A stretch of 64,000 bases of DNA from Lacrimispora sp. GTDB lineage: Bacteria; Bacillota; Clostridia; Lachnospirales; Lachnospiraceae. Under the pieces are notes generated by a model. The model saw only the letters and a list, made by a program, of their open reading frames with translations. It did no database searches and was not told the DNA's origin. Positions 10,551-19,774 of the stretch are shown in pieces. The stretch spans positions 3,139 to 67,138 of the forward strand of contig JAQSYE010000001.1 in NCBI GenBank assembly GCA_029256305.1, given 5' to 3'. The position numbers and the translations under genes were made by a program. Numbering within the stretch: the first letter of the stretch is position 1; each line of letters begins with the position of its first letter.

Positions 10551-11549
10551 TTATTCCCCTTTCCTGAATAAATCCAGTGGATTCATGGTAACCACAATCG
10601 CACCTAATACGATTACGATAGAGCCGATTACAATCGTAGGGGTAACTGCCTGTCCCAAGAAAAGGATACAGAAGAAAACGCCCCAGAACGCATATGTTAC
10701 ATTTAAAGACATACCAACTGCACAACCAACTGTGGAGTTGCTCTTATACCAGCAAAGAAAAGATACTGCTGCACTTAAGCCTGCTACTGCCAGCCAGATA
10801 ACTGGAGTTCCAGCAGTTAAAGTTCCGCCTAAGAGTCCTAATCCTCCAACGATAGGAAGAATTATAAATAAATCAATAAAACCGGAGATGAGCTGACGTA
10901 AGTTTACTGCAACATCTGTATCGATCATTGCTCCGCCGTAAGTCGAGAATACACCTTCCAGTGCCCAGCAGATTGCTGCAACGAAGGAGAAAATAATTCC
11001 CAGAGTGAAGTTGTCGCTGCCTTCCGGCTTAGCCCAGTTGATAATGATGGCACCAGCCACGCATACAAGCATACCAACCATAACTCTTTTTGTAATTTTC
11101 TGTTTTAAGAAGATCCATGCAAAAATAGCACCAAACAAGCTGCATAATGCAGAGATCGGGATTGCATAAGCTCCTGCCATAGCAAGACCAACCAGATACG
11201 CACCATTTGCAATAGGTCCTCCCAAAATAGATCCGATTACAATCATTTTTCCAGGGAATGTATTAAGACTTCTGCCCATCTCACGGAGACGGCCGCTTTT
11301 TGCATTATAAGCAGTCAGCCAGATTCCTGCGAAAAGGTCATTTAAGCCGGATAATACATATGGTCCTGCTAAAAGACCTGCTGCGCTGGCAAGAGGTTCA
11401 TAGTAACCGGCTACCAATACAAGAACTGTATAAATTCCGTAGGTAAGTCCGGAAAACGCACCGGTTGTCATTCCAGTTGTCCTGAATTTTTTGTTAATAG
11501 CTGCCATTTTCGCATCCGCAGATGCTGATGTCATTCCTTGGTTGCCCAT
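10551..11549 (-). CDS. DMT/EamA family transporter (candidate choline/TMA transporter)
   Basis: About 10 hydrophobic helices, FLKQKIT EamA motif; paralog of 11843-12802. Confidence 0.85.
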   Translation of the reverse strand: MGNQGMTSASADAKMAAINKKFRTTGMTTGAFSGLTYGIYTVLVLVAGYYEPLASAAGLLAGPYVLSGLNDLFAGIWLTAYNAKSGRLREMGRSLNTFPGKMIVIGSILGGPIANGAYLVGLAMAGAYAIPISALCSLFGAIFAWIFLKQKITKRVMVGMLVCVAGAIIINWAKPEGSDNFTLGIIFSFVAAICWALEGVFSTYGGAMIDTDVAVNLRQLISGFIDLFIILPIVGGLGLLGGTLTAGTPVIWLAVAGLSAAVSFLCWYKSNSTVGCAVGMSLNVTYAFWGVFFCILFLGQAVTPTIVIGSIVIVLGAIVVTMNPLDLFRKGE

Positions 11550-11839
11550 TACTTAATCTCCTTTTTATCCTTTGGAAGAATTGTCTCAACTTCTGCATGA
11601 GGACGTGGAATCACATGTACGGATACCAGTTCGCCAACTCTCTGAGCTGCTGCTGCGCCTGCATCAGTCGCTGCTTTCACTGCTCCTACATCACCTCTTA
11701 CCATAACAGTAACAAGTCCGCCACCTACAAATTCTTTTCCAACAAGTGTTACATTAGCTGCCTTCACCATAGCGTCTGCAGCTTCGATTGAGCCGATTAA
11801 ACCTTTTGTTTCGATCATTCCTAATGCATCATATTTCAT
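11549..11839 (-). CDS. BMC hexamer shell protein (EutM/PduA-like)
   Basis: [46 protein letters not shown]. Confidence 0.95.
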   Translation of the reverse strand: MKYDALGMIETKGLIGSIEAADAMVKAANVTLVGKEFVGGGLVTVMVRGDVGAVKAATDAGAAAAQRVGELVSVHVIPRPHAEVETILPKDKKEIK

Positions 11840-11842
11840 TGT

Positions 11843-12802
11843 TTAGTCCTCCTTTTTATTGAGCAATTCAAATGGGTCAACGGATACTAAAACAGCTCCG
11901 ATGATAATGATAATAGAACCGATGATAATGGTGGGGGTTACTGGCTGTTTGATAAACAGGATACAAAACAGCACGCCCCAGAACGCGTAGGTGATGTTTA
12001 ATGACATTCCCATGGCACAGCCCACAGTGCTGTTTGACTTATACCAGCAAAGGTAGGAGATTGCCGCACAGAGACCGGAAACGATCAGCCATGCAATGGG
12101 AGGCAGGGAAAAGAGTGTGCCTTTTAAAAGTCCCATACCGCCTACGATAGGCAGAATTACAATTAAATCTACAATTCCGGATAAAAGCTGGCGAATATTG
12201 ATTACTACATCTGTGTCAAGCATTGCGCTTCCGTAAGCTGCTAAAACGCCTTCCAGCGCCCAGCCCACTGCTGCTACAAAGGCACAAATAATTCCCAGCG
12301 TAAAGTTGCTGCTGCCTTCTGGTCTTACCCAGTTAATAACGATGGCTCCAACAACACAGATCAGCATACCAATACCAACTCTGGGTACGATTTTCTGTTT
12401 TAAAAAGATTCGTGCAAATAATGCTCCAAAAAGAATGTACATAGCAGAAATCGGAATTGCATAAGCTCCTGCCATTGCCAGACCCATTAAATATGCACCA
12501 CTGGCAATTGGTCCTCCAACCAGGGAACCCAGTAGAATGATTTTGCCGGGAAACAGTTTTAAGCTTCTTCCGATCTCACGTATTCTTCCGGTCTTAATGT
12601 TATACACAGTAAGCCAGATACCGGCAAATAAGTCATTGAGACCAGATGTTACGTAGGGAGCAGCAAAAATCCCCACTGCCCCGGCAAGTGGTTTGTAGTA
12701 TCCGGCGATCAGTACAAAGGTGGTGTATAACCCATACATAAGACCGGATATCAAACCGGTTGTAACGCCAATTCGTTTAAATTTCTTTCGCGCTTCCGTC
12801 AT
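11843..12802 (-). CDS. DMT/EamA family transporter (candidate choline/TMA transporter)
   Basis: About 10 TM helices; shares long identical stretches with 10551-11549 (SGLNDLFAGIWLT, GLAMAGAYAIPISA, CWYKSNSTVGCA). Confidence 0.85.
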   Translation of the reverse strand: MTEARKKFKRIGVTTGLISGLMYGLYTTFVLIAGYYKPLAGAVGIFAAPYVTSGLNDLFAGIWLTVYNIKTGRIREIGRSLKLFPGKIILLGSLVGGPIASGAYLMGLAMAGAYAIPISAMYILFGALFARIFLKQKIVPRVGIGMLICVVGAIVINWVRPEGSSNFTLGIICAFVAAVGWALEGVLAAYGSAMLDTDVVINIRQLLSGIVDLIVILPIVGGMGLLKGTLFSLPPIAWLIVSGLCAAISYLCWYKSNSTVGCAMGMSLNITYAFWGVLFCILFIKQPVTPTIIIGSIIIIIGAVLVSVDPFELLNKKED

Positions 12803-12956
12803 TTAAGTTTCCTTCCCCATCTGAATAGTGCACAAAATTCAAGTTGCCCTGTTACCTTTTCTTTCTTTCACGTTCAGCTGAAAACGTTTAGAAGATGCAC
12901 GACGCCTGTTAATGTTACTAATTTTCTACTGGCTGTCTGCATTTTTCTATGCATTT

Positions 12957-12988
12957 AGTATAGGACTTCCCCCTATGGGGAATGTCAA
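12957..12988 (-). promoter_or_regulatory. MerR-type promoter/operator of the cut operon
   Basis: Minus strand TTGACA-TTCCCCATAGGGGGAAGTCC-TATACT: 20-bp spacer containing dyad TTCCCC-N4-GGGGAA. Confidence 0.8.
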
Positions 12989-13050
12989 CTGGTTTTTTAA
13001 TATTTTTCCATCAGTTTAAATGTCAAATTTTTCCTTGATGCTCCACACAT

Positions 13051-13105
13051 AAAAAAGGCTCTCCTGAAATAGAAATTTTTACTCATTTCTACTTCAAAAG
13101 AACCT
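13051..13105 (-). terminator. Rho-independent terminator after MerR gene
   Basis: 21-bp stem (with G-U pairs) AGGTTCTTTTGAAGTAGAAAT/ATTTCTATTTCAGGAGAGCCT followed by T tract on minus strand. Confidence 0.75.
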
Positions 13106-13150
13106 GTAAGATTAACTTCCATATCCAGTGAGACAGCCTTTCATGCTCCC

Positions 13151-13984
13151 TTACTGCCGGTAAACAGGAACAATGACTTCCGTAACAAACTCGTTCGGAT
13201 TCCTGGTCGTCCAGTAGTCCACTACATACCGCTCAAAGCTTTCTTTTCCACACTGATATCCACGCTTTGCGGCCCAGCTTACAATCCGCTCATATTCTTC
13301 ATCAATGGTCTCATGTCTCCCTATATGATAGACGGAAGCAACCATGATTCCTCCATAAGTCTGGCGGTTTAAGCATTCCTTGCATGGGTGAATGGCCTTC
13401 TGCATAATCGTTGTTTTATTGCATTTGCCACTCATTTTATCCTCAAAGGAGTTAAACTTGAGGATTACCGGACCTGTTATTTCATTCTCAGCCTTTTCAA
13501 GGTGATTGGTCCATTCAATGTTTATGATGGATTCCATGTAATTGTAACCGAAGCTCTGCGTCAGGCTACAGAAGGTGGACTCCGGAAGGAATCTCACAGA
13601 TACTTCATGTACATTGTTTTGGAGCACCATCTTAGCTTCCTGAATCAGCTCGTACCAATCCTTAACAGCTACAAAGCTATTATGTATCTGCTGCTCCTGA
13701 AGGCAGAGCTGATCAATTTTATTGCGAAAATTCTGTTCCAGATAATAGTAGGTATTGCCCTCAACAAGCCCCTGCATCTCTTCCAGCTTAAATCCCATCT
13801 GTTTGTAATACTTTACAACAGGAACCGTCATGAGCGTTTCTTTGTTGTAATAGCGGTAGCTGTTTTCCTTGCATATCATATCCGGTGATATGATTCCAAT
13901 CTTGTCGTAAAAACGCAGAGCCTTTGTTGAAATGTTGCAGATCTTACTCACTTCCCCTATTGAGTACAGTTTCTTTCCTTCCAT
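13151..13984 (-). CDS. MerR family transcriptional regulator with GyrI-like C-terminal effector domain
   Basis: YSIGEVSKICNISTKALRFYDKIGII...YRYY HTH; C-terminal YHIG...ERY...FVTEVIVPV GyrI-like; ATG 13984 chosen (alternative 14008). Confidence 0.92.
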   Translation of the reverse strand: MEGKKLYSIGEVSKICNISTKALRFYDKIGIISPDMICKENSYRYYNKETLMTVPVVKYYKQMGFKLEEMQGLVEGNTYYYLEQNFRNKIDQLCLQEQQIHNSFVAVKDWYELIQEAKMVLQNNVHEVSVRFLPESTFCSLTQSFGYNYMESIINIEWTNHLEKAENEITGPVILKFNSFEDKMSGKCNKTTIMQKAIHPCKECLNRQTYGGIMVASVYHIGRHETIDEEYERIVSWAAKRGYQCGKESFERYVVDYWTTRNPNEFVTEVIVPVYRQ

Positions 13985-14070
13985 GTAAACCCCCATAAGC
14001 ACTGGCATTGTCTATGTGTTCTTTGTTCGATTTACTCATTTCATCATTCGTACTATATACCTATAGACCC

Positions 14071-14102
14071 AGTATAATCCTTCCCGTATAGGGGAATGTC
14101 AA
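14071..14102 (-). promoter_or_regulatory. MerR-type promoter/operator of the MerR gene (probable autoregulation)
   Basis: Minus strand TTGACA-TTCCCCTATACGGGAAGGAT-TATACT, 20-bp spacer, same dyad as 12957-12988. Confidence 0.8.
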
Positions 14103-14130
14103 TACCCACTTCTGTCTTATTTTTTTCACA

Positions 14131-14174
14131 AAAAAACCACAGGTTCCTCCTGTCACCGGATTAACCTGTGGTTT
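14131..14174 (-). terminator. Terminator after thioredoxin
   Basis: AAACCACAGGTT/AACCTGTGGTTT inverted repeat with T tract on minus strand. Confidence 0.7.
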
Positions 14175-14184
14175 ATGAGTCTTA

Positions 14185-14505
14185 TTATTTCACTTGCTCT
14201 ACCATTTGCATTAAATCTTTCTTGGATTTCACTCCTACAGAAGTTGCCGCCAGCTTACCGCCTTTGAAAATTCCTACAGTAGGAATGCTCATAACCTTAA
14301 ACTGTCCAGCAAGGTCCGGCTCATTATCCACATCAACCTTACCAATCTTTAAACCGGAATGATTCTCAGATGCAATCTCTTCAAGAACTGGTGCAAACAT
14401 CTTACAGGGACCGCACCAGGTTGCCCAGAAATCCACCAGTACTACATCCTCGGTTTTTAGAACCTCTTCATCAAAATTCTGCTTTGTTAATGTTACGATT
14501 GACAT
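14185..14505 (-). CDS. trxA: Thioredoxin
   Basis: VDFWATWCGPCK, VMSIPT; ATG 14505 with AAGGAGG SD. Confidence 0.95.
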   Translation of the reverse strand: MSIVTLTKQNFDEEVLKTEDVVLVDFWATWCGPCKMFAPVLEEIASENHSGLKIGKVDVDNEPDLAGQFKVMSIPTVGIFKGGKLAATSVGVKSKKDLMQMVEQVK

Positions 14506-14633
14506 ATATGATTCCTCCTTCATTCTATCTTATATTTCAGGGAAATTGGTTTATTCCATTAGTCTTATCATTATTTCATGGATTATGCCCTGTATGATCA
14601 GGACTTCTGTGTTTATCGATTTCTCTTACTGTT

Positions 14634-14662
14634 ATTATAAAAGTTACAGTTGTATTTGTCAA
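14634..14662 (-). promoter_or_regulatory. Consensus sigma-A promoter of trxA
   Basis: TTGACA-17 bp-TATAAT on minus strand. Confidence 0.7.
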
Positions 14663-14676
14663 TAGAATTTTGGATT

Positions 14677-15843
14677 TTATTGCACATCCAACCCCAGTAC
14701 TTTAACCATTGCCAGGAATTTATCCTTTATTTCTGACAAGTTGACCGTATTTCCCCCATCTGTAGAGAGTTTCTCCTGATCCAGTACTCCTGCCGAAATT
14801 CTTCCGCCCTCGTAACTGCCGCTGAGCTTCAGTCTCAGATTTAAGTCCTTCCTGTTGTATATGATATTCAACTCTTTAATCTGAAAAGCCCGTTTTTCTT
14901 CATCCGCGTTTCCAAAATATACGGTCGTGTCAAAACTGATTTCACCTTCTGCTCCAGTTATATGACCTGATAAAAGTGCTCCCTGATTTTCCACTTTCTG
15001 AAATCCTGCATAGGCAAGATCCGGTATGATAACCTGTGAAATGGAAAGATCTTTGCGTATGGAAAAGAGTATTTCCTGATTTTCACCTTCTGTCCTGCGT
15101 TCTTTCAGCAGTTTCGACCAGCTTTTCGGCTCTTTTCCGGGAGCTTCTTCCAAAAGCTCTCCTGTTTCTTTCAAAATGGAGTCAAACTGTTCTGCTGGAA
15201 CCAGAGCCCGTATGGTAACACCATTTTTGTCTCTTCCGGTAAATTCAACCCGGCTCTTACCCACTACATCTATGACGTGGTCTTCCAGCTGCTTTAAGCT
15301 ATTTGTCATTTTCTCCTTTTTCTGTGGGATCGGAGATACTCCAATCTGATCTTTCACATCGGTCTGTGTGGTCTTAACCAGTGCGGCGGAGATCTGGGGC
15401 ACCTGGATCACCACCTGATCGGGATCTGCCCAATACTGTGCTCCCTCCCGTATGGCTCCAAGGAAGTATACATCTATTTTTCCCTGCGCAAATGTATTCT
15501 CAAAGTTTCGCTGTTCCGTTACAGAAATACCAAGCCCACCGGGCAGAATCAGTACCGACCTTCCATTTAAATAAGCTTCATCAGCAATCAGCTTGAAGGA
15601 ATCCTCATACGCACTCCCATCTCCCTTTTCACTTCCCCAAAGCTCCTTTATTATACCCTGTGTCTGGAGAGCCGAGCGAGCCAGATAAAATCTGGCATAA
15701 TAGATGGGTAGGTAATGCCAGCCAACCGCTGCGAGAACAGTAATAGCCACTGCTATGCCTGCTGCCCAGATAAGTGGCTTTTTCTTTTTTTTACATGATA
15801 CCGGTCTGGCTGAGTTTTTCTTCAAAAAATTCATTAAGTTCAA
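14677..15843 (-). CDS. Hypothetical membrane-anchored secreted protein
   Basis: Lys-rich N-terminus plus single TM helix (PLIWAAGIAVAITVLAAVGW); overlaps end of Pip gene; start uncertain. Confidence 0.7.
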   Translation of the reverse strand: MNLMNFLKKNSARPVSCKKKKKPLIWAAGIAVAITVLAAVGWHYLPIYYARFYLARSALQTQGIIKELWGSEKGDGSAYEDSFKLIADEAYLNGRSVLILPGGLGISVTEQRNFENTFAQGKIDVYFLGAIREGAQYWADPDQVVIQVPQISAALVKTTQTDVKDQIGVSPIPQKKEKMTNSLKQLEDHVIDVVGKSRVEFTGRDKNGVTIRALVPAEQFDSILKETGELLEEAPGKEPKSWSKLLKERRTEGENQEILFSIRKDLSISQVIIPDLAYAGFQKVENQGALLSGHITGAEGEISFDTTVYFGNADEEKRAFQIKELNIIYNRKDLNLRLKLSGSYEGGRISAGVLDQEKLSTDGGNTVNLSEIKDKFLAMVKVLGLDVQ

Positions 15844-17989
15844 GCACCTTCTTCCTTAATACAATTCCCACTAACAGGGAGAGTGGAATATACACCCGCA
15901 CATTCCTGATGTCAATCCAGTAAGCATTCTCATAAACTCCTCCCACGCATTCCCTCATGGCGTTAATTAAGTGGGTGAATGGGAGCAGGGGATTTACCAT
16001 CTGAAAGAATTTTGGTGTTACCTGAATCGGGAATGTACCGCCGGACCCAGCCACCTGTATTACCATAAACACAACAACCAGCGCTTTTCCTACGTCTCCA
16101 AAAGAAACCGTCATGGAAAATGTAATATTTGTAAATATAATACTTGCAATCACTGCAGCCAGCACAAATTTAGCCGGTTCTAAGCACTGGATTTTCAGCA
16201 TGTATAGATCGCCCAGCGAAACTACCAGTGCCTGCATTATTCCAAAAAGCATAAACGTCAGGTATCTGCCGAAATATGTTTCGTATAGCTTCATTCCCTC
16301 TGCCCGTACTGGATCCACTTTTGTTTTCAATAATGCCACCAGAATCAGACCTCCTACCCATATAGCAAGTATGGTATAGAACGGTGCCATGGCAGAACCA
16401 TAATTTTCCACAGGGTATATCTTATTCGTTTGCATATCCGTAGGTTTCATCATAAAATCACTGAACCGTTCAGGATCATTCTTCATGATGTCCATTATTT
16501 TGTTCAGCTGCTTATTATCTGCAACCTTATTCACGTCGTTAATCATGTCATCAACGCGTTCCTGACTCTTTTGGATTAAATTTAGAGAACTGTCCAAAGC
16601 CTCAATCAGACTTTGAGATGCTGTATTGACACTGGTAAGTGTGGTATCAATCTGTCCTACCAGATTTCCAATGCTGCCAAGTGCCCCTGCAGTGGTTCCA
16701 AGAGCATTATAAGTTTTATCAAGGCTGTCTTTTAGCGGCACCTCAACTTTCCCTTTATAAAAATTGTTGATATCAGAGATGGTATTATATGCAAGAGAAA
16801 GACTGTCCCCTATATCATCTTTCATACTATCCGGTAATTTTCTTGTCTCTTTCACGGTTTTTTCAGCTGCCTGAAGCTTTACTAAAAGATCCTGCTGCTG
16901 TTTCACTGCAGCTCCTATATCCTGCTGAATCTGTCCCACATCTGTTATCTTAACCGGAAGTTTGGAGTTGATCTCAACCAGAAGCTTGCCGAAGCTGTTT
17001 AACTGAGTGGTCATTGCCGAAGTCAGGCTCTCCATGGCTTTTATGGTGTTGATGGCCGTATCCGCTGATGTATCAGATACATTGCCAAGCACATTAAATG
17101 TTTCGTATATCGTTTCTTCTGTCTGGGTAATCTGATTCAGCGTATCGTCCACTCCGCCCGTAACAATATCAGACATTCCTCTTGTGGAATCGACCAGGGT
17201 TCTGGCACTTTGAGCTGTATCTTCTCCTGATGTTATCATCTTGCTGACATCGGGCAGAGTACCTTTAACCCCGTCATTTAAGCTGCTTACTGTATGAAGC
17301 GTGGCTTTTAGCATACCGATTGTATCCGTAAGCTGATTAAGACTATCCTTGATCTCATTCAGGGAGCTGACCGTATCACCTCTGTCTGTATCTTTCCGGG
17401 TGCTCCAGTCATCGGAATATCCGTTCACCAGTTTGCCCATCACTTTGGACGCAGAACTAATAAATGTTTCGTTGATCTGCTGCTGTACACTCTCCACACC
17501 CTTTCCGGTGATCTTCGTCGCAACAGCATTCTTTTTTTCATTTACATAATACTGTAAAACCGGACGTTCAATATGGGAAGTCAGTACGCTTGATATCTTT
17601 CTGCTGAAGTCCTCTGGCACAATGACTGTAGCATAAAATTTCCCAGACTCCACTCCGTCCATAGCTTCGTCCTTATCCACAAACTGCCAGCCTATTTTAT
17701 CATTTTTCCTCAGTTCATCGAGGATCATCTCTCCGATGTTAATGGCTGAATCATCAATATCCGAATCAAAAATGCTGTCAATGGAGGCGCCTTCATCCAA
17801 ATTGACAACCGCCACCTTTAATCCCTTGGTATTTGCATAAGGGTCCCAGCTGGCCGCTATATTAAACCATGCATATAATGCCGGAAGCAACGTTAGTCCC
17901 AGGGCAATCAGTATTGCCACCGGGTTGGTAAATATATGCCTTAAGTCTCCCACGAATATTTTTAATATGTTTTTTACATGTTGTATCAT
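15791..17989 (-). CDS. YhgE/Pip domain membrane protein
   Basis: LPALYAWFNIAASWDPY...VAVVNLDEG, YYVNEKKNAVATKIT, coiled-coil middle, NYGSAMAPFYTILAIWVG, QVAGSGGTFPIQ. Confidence 0.92.
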   Translation of the reverse strand: MIQHVKNILKIFVGDLRHIFTNPVAILIALGLTLLPALYAWFNIAASWDPYANTKGLKVAVVNLDEGASIDSIFDSDIDDSAINIGEMILDELRKNDKIGWQFVDKDEAMDGVESGKFYATVIVPEDFSRKISSVLTSHIERPVLQYYVNEKKNAVATKITGKGVESVQQQINETFISSASKVMGKLVNGYSDDWSTRKDTDRGDTVSSLNEIKDSLNQLTDTIGMLKATLHTVSSLNDGVKGTLPDVSKMITSGEDTAQSARTLVDSTRGMSDIVTGGVDDTLNQITQTEETIYETFNVLGNVSDTSADTAINTIKAMESLTSAMTTQLNSFGKLLVEINSKLPVKITDVGQIQQDIGAAVKQQQDLLVKLQAAEKTVKETRKLPDSMKDDIGDSLSLAYNTISDINNFYKGKVEVPLKDSLDKTYNALGTTAGALGSIGNLVGQIDTTLTSVNTASQSLIEALDSSLNLIQKSQERVDDMINDVNKVADNKQLNKIMDIMKNDPERFSDFMMKPTDMQTNKIYPVENYGSAMAPFYTILAIWVGGLILVALLKTKVDPVRAEGMKLYETYFGRYLTFMLFGIMQALVVSLGDLYMLKIQCLEPAKFVLAAVIASIIFTNITFSMTVSFGDVGKALVVVFMVIQVAGSGGTFPIQVTPKFFQMVNPLLPFTHLINAMRECVGGVYENAYWIDIRNVRVYIPLSLLVGIVLRKKVLELNEFFEEKLSQTGIM

Positions 17990-18038
17990 GCTTACCTCCC
18001 TTGTAATGGACTCTTAAATATAAAGCGAATAGCTATGT

Positions 18039-18069
18039 ATTATAATATTTTATTGCACTATATGCAATA
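18039..18069 (-). promoter_or_regulatory. Sigma-A promoter of the pip gene with overlapping palindromic operator
   Basis: TTGCAT-17 bp-TATAAT (minus); perfect TATTGCA-N5-TGCAATA at 18051-18069 covers the -35. Confidence 0.6.
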
Positions 18070-18154
18070 TCTTATTCTGTTAAAGAATATTCTGAATTAT
18101 TATTTACCGGAATGCTGATATTATTAAATAGAACGCTCACGGTCCCATACAAAG

Positions 18155-18183
18155 AAAAAACGGATTCCCAAAAAGGAAATCCG
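18155..18183 (-). terminator. Terminator after methyltransferase
   Basis: CGGATTTCC/GGGAATCCG stem plus T6 on minus strand. Confidence 0.65.
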
Positions 18184-18195
18184 AGTCTTTTTCTA

Positions 18196-18972
18196 TTATA
18201 ATGAACCGGCTTCAAAATCAGGCTTCTTCGCCATGTATAATGCAATTGTGTCAATTATTTTTATCTGGTTTCCAGCATTCATCACGGCAGCCCTGATTCC
18301 CTCATAAAATCTGCTTTTATGGGGTTCTTTTAACGTTATGTGCTCCACCTGGGTTCCCGCTAAGTAATCTACATATTCATCTGCATTTAGAACTCTTACT
18401 TCTTTCCATTCGCGGTAGTTTAAGTCTGTAAATCCATAATTAAGTACGTGTTCGTAGTCCAACTTGCACGTATACTTTGTCTCAACATAAAAATGCTTTC
18501 TATATACCTCCTGCATTTGTTCATACAGTTCTTCATTCCCACTTTTATAATCGGAATATGTCATGAACATAGCTAAGATACCGCCGGGTTTTAAAAGATC
18601 AAATATTTTGGGAAAACCAATGCTCTCCGGAATCCACTGTATGGTTGCAGCTGAATATACGAGATCAAATTTCCGGGTTTCAAAATTGTGAGTCTCAAAG
18701 TCGTCATTCACAATGTGGAAATTATTATAGGAACAAAACTTATTCTTCATGAACTCAGCAAAATTTTCACCCAGTTCGATTGCCAGATAGTCACATCCCG
18801 TCTTTAGGAAAGGCTCGGTTGCCTGCCCCGTCCCTGGACCGATTTCCAGAGCTGCTTTGTGGGATCCGAGATCCACACAGGTAATTATCTCGGAATAGAG
18901 TTCCTCACAATACCTTGGCCGCCATTTGTCAAATTGTTCCGGGATTGCATCAAACGTTTTTCTGAAATCCAT
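18196..18972 (-). CDS. Class I SAM-dependent methyltransferase
   Basis: ALEIGPGTGQAT motif I, FDLVYSAATIQW, LLKPGG; RPRY N-terminal motif. Confidence 0.9.
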   Translation of the reverse strand: MDFRKTFDAIPEQFDKWRPRYCEELYSEIITCVDLGSHKAALEIGPGTGQATEPFLKTGCDYLAIELGENFAEFMKNKFCSYNNFHIVNDDFETHNFETRKFDLVYSAATIQWIPESIGFPKIFDLLKPGGILAMFMTYSDYKSGNEELYEQMQEVYRKHFYVETKYTCKLDYEHVLNYGFTDLNYREWKEVRVLNADEYVDYLAGTQVEHITLKEPHKSRFYEGIRAAVMNAGNQIKIIDTIALYMAKKPDFEAGSL

Positions 18973-18995
18973 GTCTTCTCCTTTATGGCTTAACT

Positions 18996-19571
18996 CTACC
19001 GCACAGCTCCATTTTTAAAATTATCATACCACTGGCTCATTTCCTCATCACTGTCAATTTTAAGAATTTTAAATATTTCATAGGCAAATTCAACAGCTGC
19101 GGTTTCATTGGCAGTCATGATTCCACCATCTACTACCACTTGGGCGGGTATATAGAGATTTTCACCTTTGTATTCTTTTGCGCTCTTGAAATATTCCAAA
19201 GAATCTCCTGTATGCTTAACATGATCAAGGAAACCGTGTTTACACAGGAAATAGGTTGCACCGCAAATTGCCGCCACTGGAATATTCTTGCTGATAAGCT
19301 GTTTGACAAAACCTTTTATTTCAATATAATCGTTCTCTTCCCAGGAAAGACCTCCTGGCATAATTACCATTGCAAGATTGTCATAATCATTGTAATTCTC
19401 AATGGAATAATCAACGCTGGCTCTGATGCCGCCCATCGAGATTTTAGACAGATCATCGATTGCTAAGGTTTTTACCGTATAGTCGGAAAATGAATTAATT
19501 ACTGCAATCGCATAACTGCCTTCCCAATCGCACCATTGGTGCGTTAATAGAATTAGAACTTCTTTTTTCAT
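18996..19571 (-). CDS. DJ-1/PfpI family protein (YdeA-like)
   Basis: WCDWEGSY, MPGGLSW, AAICGAT nucleophile elbow; ATG 19571 after GGAGG SD. Confidence 0.88.
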   Translation of the reverse strand: MKKEVLILLTHQWCDWEGSYAIAVINSFSDYTVKTLAIDDLSKISMGGIRASVDYSIENYNDYDNLAMVIMPGGLSWEENDYIEIKGFVKQLISKNIPVAAICGATYFLCKHGFLDHVKHTGDSLEYFKSAKEYKGENLYIPAQVVVDGGIMTANETAAVEFAYEIFKILKIDSDEEMSQWYDNFKNGAVR

Positions 19572-19711
19572 AATAACTCCTCCCCCCAGACTTCCTATGC
19601 AACCGTAAGCCTGTATTATTATATTATCTAATAAATTAAAAACTTTCAAGGACAAGGTTTCGTATGTGATGGATTTCTCTCATGAAACAGGTCGTTTCTT
19701 GAGGATATGTC

Positions 19712-19751
19712 AAATCCCCCCAGCCTCCTTTACATCAGGCTGAGGGGATTT
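19712..19751. terminator. Stem-loop terminator downstream of cell-wall-binding protein gene
   Basis: AAATCCCC-CAGCCT...AGGCTG-GGGGATTT inverted repeat. Confidence 0.6.
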
Positions 19752-19774
19752 TATACCTATTTATAAAGCAATCG

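Noticed and set aside
19645-19703. Imperfect hairpin upstream of the DJ-1 gene
   Set aside because: Pairing is too interrupted to call a riboswitch or repeat
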